Assembly (NCBI GenBank): GCA_964291415.2
Contig: OZ219920.1
Location: forward strand, 288,001 to 352,000
DNA: 64,000 nucleotides
Direction: 5' to 3'
Source: Alphaproteobacteria bacterium
GTDB lineage: Bacteria; Pseudomonadota; Alphaproteobacteria; SP197
Numbering within the stretch: position 1 is the stretch's first letter; each line of letters opens with the position of its first letter. The notes under the pieces are model-generated. The model did not search any database and had not been told where the DNA came from. It saw only the letters and a program-made list of their open reading frames with translations. This document shows, piece after piece, positions 31,420 through 41,358 of the stretch. The position numbers and the translations under genes were made by a program.

Positions 31420-32154
31420 ATGGACGACACTCTTTCGATCCCTTCACCCGATGGTCCGATACCGGCGTTCCTTGCCCTGCCCGAAGCAGATGAGCCGGCC
31501 CCGGCCGTGATCATGCTCATGGATGCCCCGGGAATTCGCGAGGAACTCCATCGATTCGCGAGACGTGTCGCCTCCGCCGGCTTCGTCTGCGTGCTTCCCG
31601 ACATGTATTACCGGCTCGGCACCCTGCGCTTCGATCTTTCCCGCCGGGATGACAGGATGGCCGCAGTCTTCGGTGCGGCCATGGCGAGTCTCGATCACGA
31701 GAGGGTGGCTGCGGACTGCCGCGCCGTTCTCGATGCCCTCGACGCGGATGATCGCGTGGCGGCGGGGCCGCGGGGACTTGTCGGCTACTGCATGAGCGGC
31801 CAGTACGTGCTGGCTGCCGCCTGCCGGTTCCCGGAACGGGTCGCGGCGGTTGCCGCGTTTCACGGCGTGCGCATGGTGACAGAAGAGCCCGATTCACCGC
31901 ATCTCGGGGCGGCGGCGATCCGCGCCGAGATGTTTCTGGGTTTCGCCTCGGACGATCCCCTGGTCCCCGACAATGTCATTCCCACGTTGCGAGACACCTT
32001 CACCACGCACGCCATCCCTCACCGCATCGAGATCCTTCCCGGAACGCGCCACGGCTATTCCTTTCCCGAACGCGACGCGTACGTCGAGGAGGCGGCTGAA
32101 GCGGGCTGGAAGGGCATGCTCGATCTCTTCTCACGGCGCCTGCATCCCCAATAA
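31420..32154 (+). CDS. Dienelactone hydrolase family protein
   Basis: MDAPGIR, PDMYYR, GYCMSG nucleophile motif, D in ASDD and HGY. Confidence 0.92.
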   Translation: MDDTLSIPSPDGPIPAFLALPEADEPAPAVIMLMDAPGIREELHRFARRVASAGFVCVLPDMYYRLGTLRFDLSRRDDRMAAVFGAAMASLDHERVAADCRAVLDALDADDRVAAGPRGLVGYCMSGQYVLAAACRFPERVAAVAAFHGVRMVTEEPDSPHLGAAAIRAEMFLGFASDDPLVPDNVIPTLRDTFTTHAIPHRIEILPGTRHGYSFPERDAYVEEAAEAGWKGMLDLFSRRLHPQ

Positions 32155-32254
32155 CCATGGCCGCATGATGCGCTGTGGTCTGCAGACAACCACATCCAGG
32201 GCCGCGCCGGCGGTACATTCCTGAACCTGTAGGCACGATCATCCATAGTTTCTA

Positions 32255-32284
32255 TTGATATGTGCCTGGCACTACCCATATCAT
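32255..32284 (+). promoter_or_regulatory. hicAB promoter with palindromic operator; probably leaderless mRNA
   Basis: TTGATA-N18-TATCAT ending 5 nt before ATG 32289; GTGCC-t-GGCAC palindrome at 32262-32272. Confidence 0.55.
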
Positions 32285-32288
32285 CCAT

Positions 32289-32471
32289 ATGAAGCGCAGG
32301 GACGTCGTCAGGAAGCTGGCCAAGGCCGGGTTCGTGGCCAAGGAAGGCGCGAACCACACCAGGATGGTCCACGCTGACGGGCGCTGGACGGTGATCGGCC
32401 GTCATGCCGAGATACCAACCGGAACAGTTCGTGCGATAGAGCGGCAGACCGGCGTCAAGCTGCGCGATTGA
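32289..32471 (+). CDS. hicA: HicA mRNA interferase toxin
   Basis: MKRRDVVRKLAKAGF...GANH...RHAEIPTGTVRAIERQ. Confidence 0.92.
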   Translation: MKRRDVVRKLAKAGFVAKEGANHTRMVHADGRWTVIGRHAEIPTGTVRAIERQTGVKLRD

Positions 32472-32484
32472 GAGAGGATTGACG

Positions 32485-32877
32485 ATGCCCCGCAGACATT
32501 ATCCCGCGATCGTTCGCACCGACGATGGCAAGACCTTCGGCGTCTCGTTTGTCGACTTTCCGGTCCATGCCGGTGGCAATTCGGTCGAGACCGCCATCGC
32601 TGACGCCGAGGTCGTGATTGCCGAAGTTGTTGAGGACCAGTTGCGGTCCAAGGCGTCAATTCCGACTGCTACCGCTGTTGCTGCGATCCCGAAGGAGGAA
32701 CTGGCCGACGCCGAACTTGTCACCTTGGTGCCGGTTCATCTTCCAGGGAGGTCCAAGGTCATTTCCATTACCATGGACGAGGAACTGGTTGCTCGGATCG
32801 ACGCCGTGGCCTCGAACCGTTCCGGCTTCCTGACCGAGGCCGCGAGAGCGCAATTGGGACGCCGCTCGGCGGAGTAA
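32485..32877 (+). CDS. hicB: HicB antitoxin with C-terminal RHH
   Basis: YPAIV...FGVSFVDFP...GNSVETAI; ISITMDEELVARID...NRSGFL. Confidence 0.92.
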   Translation: MPRRHYPAIVRTDDGKTFGVSFVDFPVHAGGNSVETAIADAEVVIAEVVEDQLRSKASIPTATAVAAIPKEELADAELVTLVPVHLPGRSKVISITMDEELVARIDAVASNRSGFLTEAARAQLGRRSAE

Positions 32878-32901
32878 GCATCCATGTTTGGTTGCCAGTC
32901 C

Positions 32902-33272
32902 GCTACTGCATGAGCGGCCAGTACGTGCTGGCTGCCGCCTGCCGGTTCCCGGAACGGGTCGTGGCGGTCGCCGCGTTTCACGGCGTGCGCATGGTGACCG
33001 AAGAGTCCGATTCACCGCAGCTCGGGGCGGCGGCGGTCCGCGCCGAGATGTTTCTGGGTTTCGCCTCGGACGATCCCCTGGTTCCCGACAATGTCATTCC
33101 CGCGTTGCGCGACGCCTTCACCACGCACGCCATTCCTCACCGCATCGAGACCTTGCCCGGAACGCGCCACGGCTATTCGTTCCCCGAACGCGACGTTTAC
33201 GTCGAGGAGGCGGCTGAAGCGGGCTGGGAAGGGATGCTCGATCTCTTCTCACGGCGCCTGCATCCCCGATAG
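32902..33272 (+). pseudogene. 3' half duplicate of dienelactone hydrolase gene
   Basis: YCMSGQYVLAAACRFPERV...LDLFSRRLHPR with no N-terminal half. Confidence 0.88.
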
Positions 33273-33638
33273 CCTAGGCCTCGTGACGGGCCGCAGCGTG
33301 CAGGCGACCACACCCACCCGGGGCCGGTGGTATTGGTGTTCTGGATCAACGTCTCTGGACAGTTGTCATGCCACCAAACCATGCTGTATGCCATGCGCAG
33401 ACTGCGGATCAATCTGGACACAACTACGCCCTGACCAGCAGGCATTCCGGGAGCCGGCCCAGGCGATGCTCGTTGCATCCAGACGAGATTCTTCGTTGTC
33501 ACCGGTGGAGATCTTGCTCGAAGTCGCCGCCGCCGATGTGCATGGCAGAAGTTGGAACTTAAGGACGCTCGCCGTCAATCGAGACTGCTTCGCCAACCAG
33601 TATCTGGAGTATCGCCTCGGGAAGAGACGGGAGATGGC

Positions 33639-34880
33639 ATGGAATTCTGGCTGTTTGTCCTGCCTGCGCTGGCAGGGGCGGCGCTGGTTTGGTTCGTCTT
33701 CGCCGCACCGGCCCGAAGCCGGGCCGACAGGGCGGAGGCGCGTCTGGCAGAAATCGATAACGCAGCCGGGAGCCGCTTCGCCGAACTTGCCGCCGGGGTG
33801 CTCAGGAACAACAGCGAGTCTTTCCTGCAGCTGGCAAGTGAACGATTACGCTCGCACCAGGTTGAGGCGGACAAGGACTTGAAAGCACGCGAGGAGGCTG
33901 TTGCCGCGTTGATCAAACCGATCCGGGAGGAATTGAAGAAGGTCGAGGAGCGGGCGCAGGAGTTGGAAAAGTCACGGGTGGACGCCTACCGGGGAATCAG
34001 TGAACAGGTAAAGCACCTGGCCGAAGGGCAGGTTCGGCTGCGCACGGAGACAGGGCGCCTGGCGCAGGCATTGCGCCGGCCGGGAACGCGCGGCAGGTGG
34101 GGCGAGTACCAGCTCCGCAATGTGCTCGAAATGGCGGGCATGACGAAACACGTGGATTTCGTCGAGCAGAAGACAACACAGGGGACCGACGGCGCTCAGC
34201 GCCCCGACGTCATCCTGCGGCTGCCGGGCGGCAAGTCGATTGTCGTGGATGCGAAGGCGCCGCTGGACGCCTATCTCGCGGCCATCGAGGCGGAGGACGA
34301 GACGAAACGCGGCGAATTCATGACGGAGCATGTGCGCCATATGCGCAGCCACGTACGCACGCTGGCGTCGAGGGAGTACTGGCAGGCACTGGCAAACGAT
34401 ACGCCGGACTTCGTGGTGATGTTCATTCCGGGGGAGGCATTCGTTTCAGTCGCACTGGAAAACGATCCGGACCTTTTCGAGGATGCGGTTTCGAACCGGG
34501 TGCTGATCAGCACACCGACCACGTTGATCGCGCTCGTGAAGGCCGTGGCTTACGGCTGGCAGCAGGAGAAGCTGACGCAGAACGCCCGCACAATCGCGGC
34601 AGCAGGCCGGGAGCTCTATGGGCGCATCTCGGTGTTCGGAGAACATATGTCGGGCCTTGGCCAGTCGCTGAAGCAGGCGACAGAGCGCTACAACCGAAGC
34701 GTCGGCTCGCTCGAGGGGCGGGTGTTGCCATCAGCCCGCCGCTTCGAAGAGCTGGGCGCGGCGCCGGATGGAGCGGCACTTCCGAATCTTGATCCGGTCG
34801 AAACGGAACCTCGCTGCGTGCAGGCGCCGGAGCTGAAGGGGCCGGTCGCGGAGGCGGAGTCAGACAAGGACACGGTGTGA
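33639..34880 (+). CDS. rmuC: DNA recombination protein RmuC
   Basis: N-terminal TM, coiled coil, RGRWGEYQL, RPD...VDAK, PDFVVMFIPGE and TPTTLIAL. Confidence 0.93.
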   Translation: MEFWLFVLPALAGAALVWFVFAAPARSRADRAEARLAEIDNAAGSRFAELAAGVLRNNSESFLQLASERLRSHQVEADKDLKAREEAVAALIKPIREELKKVEERAQELEKSRVDAYRGISEQVKHLAEGQVRLRTETGRLAQALRRPGTRGRWGEYQLRNVLEMAGMTKHVDFVEQKTTQGTDGAQRPDVILRLPGGKSIVVDAKAPLDAYLAAIEAEDETKRGEFMTEHVRHMRSHVRTLASREYWQALANDTPDFVVMFIPGEAFVSVALENDPDLFEDAVSNRVLISTPTTLIALVKAVAYGWQQEKLTQNARTIAAAGRELYGRISVFGEHMSGLGQSLKQATERYNRSVGSLEGRVLPSARRFEELGAAPDGAALPNLDPVETEPRCVQAPELKGPVAEAESDKDTV

Positions 34881-35151
34881 CCGGCATCCCGCCGTCCGTG
34901 GGTACCTCTCCTGAGGCATCTTTCGCGCTGTGCTGTTTCGTTCGGCACCACATCACGCCAGCCTTGGGTTTCAACATGGTCCTGACCGCACCCCGTCGAG
35001 GGCGGCGATGTCCGGATTGATCTTCGATGTGGCACCTTGCATCGTGGTGATCTGCATCCAGGGCCAGACAACACCTTCGCCTTGATCAACGGCCATCAAA
35101 CGAAACTGCGTCATCCACAGGCACGTTTCATTGAATCGGCAGGGGAAAGTC

Positions 35152-36345
35152 ATGAACCGCAAGCCAGACGTGATGCGGACGTTTCCTGCAGCACAGGGCG
35201 AACAGGTCACGCTCGCCAACTTGCTGTCTGGCCCCTACAACCGTTGGGCGTTCCGCAACATGCGCCGTTTGTTGCCCACGGCGAATGTCTGGCGCGGAAA
35301 TGGCCCGGCACCTGTCCCGCTCGTCGAACCTGTCCATCTGGGTGACGTCGAATTCTTGGACCGGGACGGCGCCCCGCACACCGTCGCGGAGAACATCGTC
35401 GATGGGTATACCGATGGCCTGGTGATACTGCACCGCGGCAAGATCGTGACGGAGTACTATGCCGAAGGCGTTGAGCCGCACGAACCCCATCTTCTCATGT
35501 CCGTGACGAAGTCATTCGCGGGATCACTCGCGGGCATTCTGGTGGAACAGGGCCGGTTGAAGCCGGACGATCGTGTCACGGACATCGTCCCTGAGGTGAA
35601 GGGCTCCGCCTATGACGGAGCGCTCGTGCACCATGTCCTGAACATGACTGTCGGCATCGATTTCGACGATGATTATGACAACCCTGACAGCGACAACGTG
35701 CTTCTTGATGTCGCTTCAGGATGGCGCCCGCCGCGTGACGGTGCACCGGACAATCTTCGTGACTACATCACGACGATGCGACCTGCAGGGGAACACGGTT
35801 CGACCTTTCACTACGTGTCGACCAACACGGACCTTCTTGGATGGATACTCGAGCGGGTCTCAGGCACCGATTTCGCAACGCTTCTCAGCCGGGAAGTCTG
35901 GCAACCCATGGGCGCCGCGCATGACGCTTACGTGACTCTCGACAGGCTCGGCGCTCCCCAGACCGATGGCGGCCTGTGTGTCACCACGAGGGATCTTGCG
36001 CGCTTCGGCCAACTCCACCTGCAGAACGGCATCATGAATGGCCGCCGCATAGTTCCAGAGTGGTGGATTCGGGATTTTCGCGACAACGGCGATGCGGATG
36101 CGTGGGACCGGGGCAGTTTCGCGGACCTCTTTCCGGGTTGCCACTACCGTTACCAATGGTTCACGGACCTGAAGTGTGAACGCCGGCCGTTCTTCGGCAT
36201 CGGCATTCATGGACAGATGCTGTTCGTCGATTCAGTTGCAGGCGTCGTGGGCGCCAGACACTCGAGCCACCCGATGCCGGTGGACGACAAGTATCTCGAC
36301 GACATGGAACGCGCCTTCGGGGCCGTTGCGGATATCCTTCAATAG
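35152..36345 (+). CDS. Serine hydrolase, beta-lactamase/NylB (6-aminohexanoate-dimer hydrolase) family
   Basis: HLLMSVTKS (SxxK), FHYVSTNTD, TTRDLARFG and GIHGQ. Confidence 0.9.
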   Translation: MNRKPDVMRTFPAAQGEQVTLANLLSGPYNRWAFRNMRRLLPTANVWRGNGPAPVPLVEPVHLGDVEFLDRDGAPHTVAENIVDGYTDGLVILHRGKIVTEYYAEGVEPHEPHLLMSVTKSFAGSLAGILVEQGRLKPDDRVTDIVPEVKGSAYDGALVHHVLNMTVGIDFDDDYDNPDSDNVLLDVASGWRPPRDGAPDNLRDYITTMRPAGEHGSTFHYVSTNTDLLGWILERVSGTDFATLLSREVWQPMGAAHDAYVTLDRLGAPQTDGGLCVTTRDLARFGQLHLQNGIMNGRRIVPEWWIRDFRDNGDADAWDRGSFADLFPGCHYRYQWFTDLKCERRPFFGIGIHGQMLFVDSVAGVVGARHSSHPMPVDDKYLDDMERAFGAVADILQ

Positions 36346-36560
36346 AAGAGAGCCCGCGGCACCGTTTCCTGATGACACCGCGGTCGATCCTCAGAGCAGG
36401 CATGTACATGTCCGCCCGTCTCGCTGTTCCACCACGCCTCGAACGTCCAGGCGCTTGCTGGCAGTCGTGCTTCGATGATCGACTCGATCTCGCGAAACCG
36501 CAGCTTGCACGACTCCCCCTCGATGCCTCGAAGATAGTCTTCAAGCGTTGCCAACTGCTC
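36339..36560 (-). pseudogene. Small conserved domain remnant (DUF7662-like)
   Basis: LEDYL...LRFREIESII...LPASA...AWWN...H pattern; no good start codon and decayed C-terminus. Confidence 0.45.
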
Positions 36561-36607
36561 AAAGGCAAGAACGCCAGAGGGGCAACTGCCGGGCACAAAG
36601 GTCCGCA

Positions 36608-37099
36608 TCATGACGCCGATGTGAACAAACGCAGATCCCACCAAACCGGCGTTTCCAGCGACACCTCCATGTTCCCGAATTCAGGGTGTCGGCTGTTGAT
36701 GATGACATTGCGTTCCATGCGCGCGACAAGTGACGGAACGAAGAGGATCGCACTGCGCGTTTCCTCGTACCACGCGTTGGCGAAGCTGCGCGAGACCTTG
36801 CAGTCCTGACTGTCCCAACCCGGCAAGGCGTCGGACGTTGCAACCTCGTAGGATGTCCCCCGAGGAATCGTGATCTCCACGAAATGCTGATTGTCCGGGA
36901 CGATGCCGTTCCAATGTGCCAGCTTCTCGAGCATCGCTGTCGAATAGGCTTCGCTGGCGTAAATCACGGCAGCGCCCACCTCATGCCACCGGCCCGCGAC
37001 TCGTCGAGCGCCTTCGGGACTCCAGACGGGAAACCTGCCGTGCGGATCACCAATTCGGTAGGCAGATTTGGTCTTCGGAAGTTGACGAACAGCGGTCAG
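36608..37099 (-). CDS. RES-domain toxin (probable CTG start)
   Basis: YRI...GRWH...IYASE..STAMLE...VPS...ERN.IIN..HPEF...WDLRLF. Confidence 0.88.
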   Translation of the reverse strand: MTAVRQLPKTKSAYRIGDPHGRFPVWSPEGARRVAGRWHEVGAAVIYASEAYSTAMLEKLAHWNGIVPDNQHFVEITIPRGTSYEVATSDALPGWDSQDCKVSRSFANAWYEETRSAILFVPSLVARMERNVIINSRHPEFGNMEVSLETPVWWDLRLFTSAS

Positions 37100-37590
37100 G
37101 GTGAGACGCCCGCCTCTGCACGGCGAATGAGATTGAGGACCGCATCCGCGCCAGCCGAACTGGAACACGCCATCTCGAGAGGGGTCTCTCCTGCCAACAG
37201 GGGATGAGGGCGTGTCAGAAATGCCTCGAACCGGTCCCGATCACCCCGGTAGGCTAGGATGACGGCAATCAAAACGCGGCCGATCTCGTAGAGCCGTTCA
37301 CTATGTTGTTTCGACAGCTTGCCGGCTTTCTTCGCGCGTCGGAACGTCGCTTCCGGCACTATCGGGCCTACGATGCGGTTTGTGTTTCCTCCGAACACTT
37401 TGGCCATAGCCGTCACGGCGGATGGGCGGAGGCCACTGGCAACACGCTGTGCCAGACGTACGTCACTGCAGGTACTGGGGTTGGCAACATCAAGAAGCTT
37501 CGCCAACCGCGTCGATTCACTCTCGGTGTGCGAGAGGAAGACGAAGGGTATGTTCTCCGGACTTGTTGTCCGGAGGGCGCCGTTTGGCAT
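37096..37590 (-). CDS. Xre/MbcA/ParS antitoxin
   Basis: IVPEATFRR...LSKQHSERL...FLTRPHPLLAGETPL...GADAV. Confidence 0.9.
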   Translation of the reverse strand: MPNGALRTTSPENIPFVFLSHTESESTRLAKLLDVANPSTCSDVRLAQRVASGLRPSAVTAMAKVFGGNTNRIVGPIVPEATFRRAKKAGKLSKQHSERLYEIGRVLIAVILAYRGDRDRFEAFLTRPHPLLAGETPLEMACSSSAGADAVLNLIRRAEAGVSP

Positions 37591-37868
37591 GGTGCGCTCC
37601 CTGAATGAATCGTCGCATGACGAAACATAGGGGATCAGATGGCGCCCGGCAAGAATAGGATGGAACGAAGTGGCAAAGCCATCGCGTCGCACAGTATCGG
37701 GTGGATCAACCCACCGGAGTCATTCTACCGTACGAGCGGTCACCTGGGTCTCGTCATGCATTCGTCGGCACCACCAGCATGTCGCGGCTGATGGTTGCGA
37801 CAGCCGGACCGTTGACCGTTCCAGCCCGAATGGAAATCCGGCGAAGGTGGCGGACGCGGATGCCGGAA

Positions 37869-37912
37869 GGGCCGTCGCCTGGCGACATCCCGGTCGCCGG
37901 CTGACGGCCCCC
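37869..37912 (-). terminator. GC-rich stem-loop immediately 3' of tRNA-Asn
   Basis: GGGCCGTC...GGCGAC-atcccg-GTCGCC...GACGGCCC imperfect inverted repeat. Confidence 0.5.
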
Positions 37913-37919
37913 CGAACAA

Positions 37920-37995
37920 TGGCTCCGCGAGCAGGACTCGAACCTGCGACCCAGTGGTTAACAGCCACTTGCTCTACCAACTGAGCTATCGCGGA
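37920..37995 (-). tRNA. tRNA-Asn (GTT)
   Basis: TCCGCGA-TAGCTCAGTTGGTAGAGC...CTGTTAA...GGTTCGAGTCC...TCGCGGAGCCA; 76 nt with encoded CCA. Confidence 0.97.
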
Positions 37996-38116
37996 TCAGG
38001 TTTGACCTGATGTTTATGCCAAGTGCCGGCGAGGGTCAATGTTGACCGCAACCGGATTGCGGCCCCTCGGCAACCCCCGTAGGGTCGGGGACCATCCGTC
38101 TGGGGAGTGTGTCACG

Positions 38117-39754
38117 ATGAATGGCGCCGATCTCATTGCCCGCATCCTGGCCAGGGAAGGTATCGAAATTCTTCCCGCCTTTCCGCACAGCGATCTCATC
38201 GATTCCGCGGCCAAGGTGGGCATCCGGCCCGTGATCGTGCGCCAGGAACGCCAGGCCCTCCACATTGCCGACGGCTATGCCCGCGTCACGGGAGGCCGCA
38301 GGATCGCCTGCACCACCGTGCAGTACGGGCCCGGATCGGAGAACGCCTTCGGAGCCGTCGCCCAGTGCCATGCCGACAACGTGCCCGTGCTCCACATTCC
38401 CTTCGGCTACGACCGCATGAGACAGCCGCTCGATTCCCACTTTCAGGCCAGCCAGAGCATGCAGCATGTCGCCAAGTGGTGCGCCATGGTGCCGGATGTG
38501 GAGCGCATTCCGCAGATGATGCAGAACGCCTTCGCCATGCTGCGCAATGGCCGTCCCGGGCCGGTGGTCCTCGAGGTGCCCAAGGACGTGGCCAACACCG
38601 TTGCCGATCCCGGCCTCGAGGAGAGCTACCGCCCCCAGAAGGCGTCGCGGCCCGTGGCTGCCGATGCCGAGATCCGCGAAGTCCTTGCCTGTCTGAAGAA
38701 GGCCTCGTCGCCTGTCATCGTGGCGGGGCAGGGCATTCTCTACGCCGGAGCATCGCAGGCGCTGACAGAGTTCGCCGAAAGCACCGGCACTCCGGTTCTC
38801 ACGACCCTGAACGGCAAGAGCGCCTTTCCGGAGAACCACCCGCTCTCCCTGGGATGTGCGGGCCGCACGCGGCGCGGCGAAGCGGCTCATTTCCTCGCAA
38901 GCTCCGACCTCATCCTCGGTCTCGGCACAAGCTTCACGAAGTCGGAGTACATCACGCCATTTCCGACGGGCCGCCGCTGCTTCATCCAGCTGACGAACTG
39001 GGAAGGTGACGTGTCCAAGGACTATCCGGTCGACATCGGCATCATCGGCGATGCCCGCGCGACCCTGGAGAGGATGGTGGAGATAGTCGGCAAGGATCCC
39101 GGCGTCCGGCGCGACGCGGTGGCCGACGAGGTGGCAAGCCGCCGCAGGGCCTTCATGGATCTCTGGGAGCCACGGCTGCATTCCGACGAGGTGCCCGTCA
39201 ATCCCTACCGCATCGTTCATGACCTCATGAGAACGGTCGACCGCGAAACGACCATCGTCACCCATGATGCCGGATCGCCGCGCGACCAGATGACGGCCTT
39301 CTACGAGACGCTCGTGCCTCACGGGTACATCGGCTGGGGCAAGACAACGCAGCTCGGTCTCGGCCTCGGCCTTGTCCAGGGCGCCCGGCTGGCGCGGCCT
39401 CATCACCACTGCATCAACGTCATGGGCGATGCGGCGATCGGCATGGTGGGAATGGACCTCGAGACCTCGGTGCGCAACCGCCTCGCCACGGTCACCATCG
39501 TTCTGAAGAACGCGGTCATGGGTGGCTATGTCAACCATCATCCGGTGGCGGCGCGCGATTACGGCATTCATGAACTCGGTGGGGACTATGCCGGTGTGGC
39601 GGCGGCTCTTGGCGCACACGCCGAACGGGTGAGCGCTCCGGCGGATTTCGTGCCGGCTCTCGAACGGGCGCTGGCACTGACCGATCGCCCGGCGCTGATC
39701 GAGGTCGTCAGCTCCGAAGAGAAGCACTTTGCGGACGATCCCGTGGAAGGTTGA
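38117..39754 (+). CDS. Thiamine pyrophosphate-requiring enzyme (acetolactate synthase-like family)
   Basis: RQER...ADGYAR, GPG.EN, GRPGPV, HDAGSPRDQ and MGDAAIGM...N TPP motif. Confidence 0.92.
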   Translation: MNGADLIARILAREGIEILPAFPHSDLIDSAAKVGIRPVIVRQERQALHIADGYARVTGGRRIACTTVQYGPGSENAFGAVAQCHADNVPVLHIPFGYDRMRQPLDSHFQASQSMQHVAKWCAMVPDVERIPQMMQNAFAMLRNGRPGPVVLEVPKDVANTVADPGLEESYRPQKASRPVAADAEIREVLACLKKASSPVIVAGQGILYAGASQALTEFAESTGTPVLTTLNGKSAFPENHPLSLGCAGRTRRGEAAHFLASSDLILGLGTSFTKSEYITPFPTGRRCFIQLTNWEGDVSKDYPVDIGIIGDARATLERMVEIVGKDPGVRRDAVADEVASRRRAFMDLWEPRLHSDEVPVNPYRIVHDLMRTVDRETTIVTHDAGSPRDQMTAFYETLVPHGYIGWGKTTQLGLGLGLVQGARLARPHHHCINVMGDAAIGMVGMDLETSVRNRLATVTIVLKNAVMGGYVNHHPVAARDYGIHELGGDYAGVAAALGAHAERVSAPADFVPALERALALTDRPALIEVVSSEEKHFADDPVEG

Positions 39755-41358
39755 TGACGGCATTTGATTACATCATTGCCGGCGGTGGCACCGCGGGCTC
39801 GGTGCTCGCGGCGCGTCTGACCGAAGATCCGGCGGTCCGCGTTCTCGTGCTCGAAGCCGGCACCGGCAAGAGGTCCCTGATGCACCGCATCCCGGCAGGC
39901 GTCCTGGCTCTCTATCAGTCGGGCCGCTACCACTGGGACTACAGGTCGGAACCCGAAGGACTGGCCGGAGGCAGAACCTATCCCTACAAGATGGGCAAGG
40001 GTCTTGGAGGATCCTCCTCGATCAATGCCCTGCTGTGGGTGAGGGGCGCGCCCGGTGTCTTTGACAGCTGGGCAGAGGACGGCGCCGTCGGTTGGTCCTG
40101 GCGGGATGTCGAGCCGTTGTTCCGGCGCATCGAGACCTTCGACGATGCCGACGATCCCCACATGGGGCAATCGGGTCCCATCGCCGTCGCGCGCGGCAAT
40201 CCCCGATCCTCGATGTTCAACGAGGCCTTTCTCGAGGCGGGAGTCGAGGCCGGTCTGGCCTTCAACGGCAACTACAACGGCCCGGATCAGGAAGGGATCG
40301 CCGTCCTGCACCGCAACACGCGCGGTGGCGAGAGGAGCGACGTTTGGACCGAGTATCTCAAGCCCTGCCTCAGCCGGCCCAATCTTGTCATCCGCTGCGA
40401 TACCCCTGTCGATCGTCTCGTCATCGATGGGGGCCGGGTTACCGGCGTTGCTGTCAGAAGGGGCGGACGCCAGGAGGTCATTCAAGCGGCGAGGGAAGTC
40501 CTGCTCTGTGCCGGCGCGATCGCTTCGCCGCAGCTGCTCATGCTGTCGGGGATCGGTGATCCCGATGCACTCGCGCCGCACGGAATCGAGGTACGCCACG
40601 AGCTTCCGGGCGTTGGCGCCAACCTCCACACCCACCCGACCATCCGCTGCGGCTACACCGCCACGAAAGCGGAGAGACTGGCCTCGTGGACAAGGCCACC
40701 CAAGAAGTGGCTGGCAGGTGCGCGATGGCTTGCCGACCGCAAGGGTGTCGCCTCCACCAACCACATGGACGTCGGCTGCTTCCTGCGATCCGGCGCCGAT
40801 GCCCCCTGGCCCGATATCCAGATGACCTTCACGCCCATGCTGGTGGGCATGACCTATGATGATGCGCTGACGGACGGTTTCGGGGTCTACACGGAACTCG
40901 TCGGCATCAAGAGTCGTGGAACCGTAAGGTTGCGTTCGGCCGACCCGCAGGCCCTGCCGCGGTTCGGTTTCAACTTTCTTGCCGAAGAGCGCGACCGCGA
41001 AACGTTCCGTGCCGGCGTCGGCGTGATCCGCGACATCGTCTCGCAGCCGGCATTCGACGGGCTGCGGGGGCGCGAGATCGGGCCTGGCGCGAGCGTGACG
41101 TCACCGAGCGACCTCGACCGGTGGGTGAGCGGGAACATCGGCATAACCCACCACCTCGCCGGCACCTGCCGCATGGGTGCTCCCGGTGATCCGCGCTCAG
41201 TCGTCGGCCCCGATCTGAGGTTCCTGGGTCTCGACGGTCTTCGCATTGCCGACAACTCGATCATGCCCTGTGTCACCAGCGGCAACACCCACGCCCCGGC
41301 CATCATGATTGGCGAAAAGGCGAGCGACCTCATCACCGGCGAGCGCAACGTTCCATGA
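39754..41358 (+). CDS. GMC oxidoreductase (choline dehydrogenase-like)
   Basis: GGGTAG, GKGLGGSSSIN, SPQLLMLSGIG, HLAGTCRMG and GNTHAP. Confidence 0.92.
   Translation: MTAFDYIIAGGGTAGSVLAARLTEDPAVRVLVLEAGTGKRSLMHRIPAGVLALYQSGRYHWDYRSEPEGLAGGRTYPYKMGKGLGGSSSINALLWVRGAPGVFDSWAEDGAVGWSWRDVEPLFRRIETFDDADDPHMGQSGPIAVARGNPRSSMFNEAFLEAGVEAGLAFNGNYNGPDQEGIAVLHRNTRGGERSDVWTEYLKPCLSRPNLVIRCDTPVDRLVIDGGRVTGVAVRRGGRQEVIQAAREVLLCAGAIASPQLLMLSGIGDPDALAPHGIEVRHELPGVGANLHTHPTIRCGYTATKAERLASWTRPPKKWLAGARWLADRKGVASTNHMDVGCFLRSGADAPWPDIQMTFTPMLVGMTYDDALTDGFGVYTELVGIKSRGTVRLRSADPQALPRFGFNFLAEERDRETFRAGVGVIRDIVSQPAFDGLRGREIGPGASVTSPSDLDRWVSGNIGITHHLAGTCRMGAPGDPRSVVGPDLRFLGLDGLRIADNSIMPCVTSGNTHAPAIMIGEKASDLITGERNVP

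Larger units (their letters stand above)
31784..33272 (+). repeat. Near-identical ~370-bp direct repeat (31784-32154 and 32902-33272) bracketing hicAB
   Basis: GCTACTGCATGAGCGGCCAGTACGTG...TCACGGCGCCTGCATCCCC occurs twice with scattered substitutions. Confidence 0.95.

Noticed and set aside
32200-37995. Genomic island integrated at tRNA-Asn
   Set aside because: Accessory genes lie 3' of the tRNA, but I found no integrase and no duplicate of the tRNA 3' end, so it is unsupported
38036-39763. Long antisense ORFs (575 aa here; also 17874-19469, 21582-23093, 40887-42407)
   Set aside because: They mirror well-supported genes on the opposite strand and show no recognisable motifs
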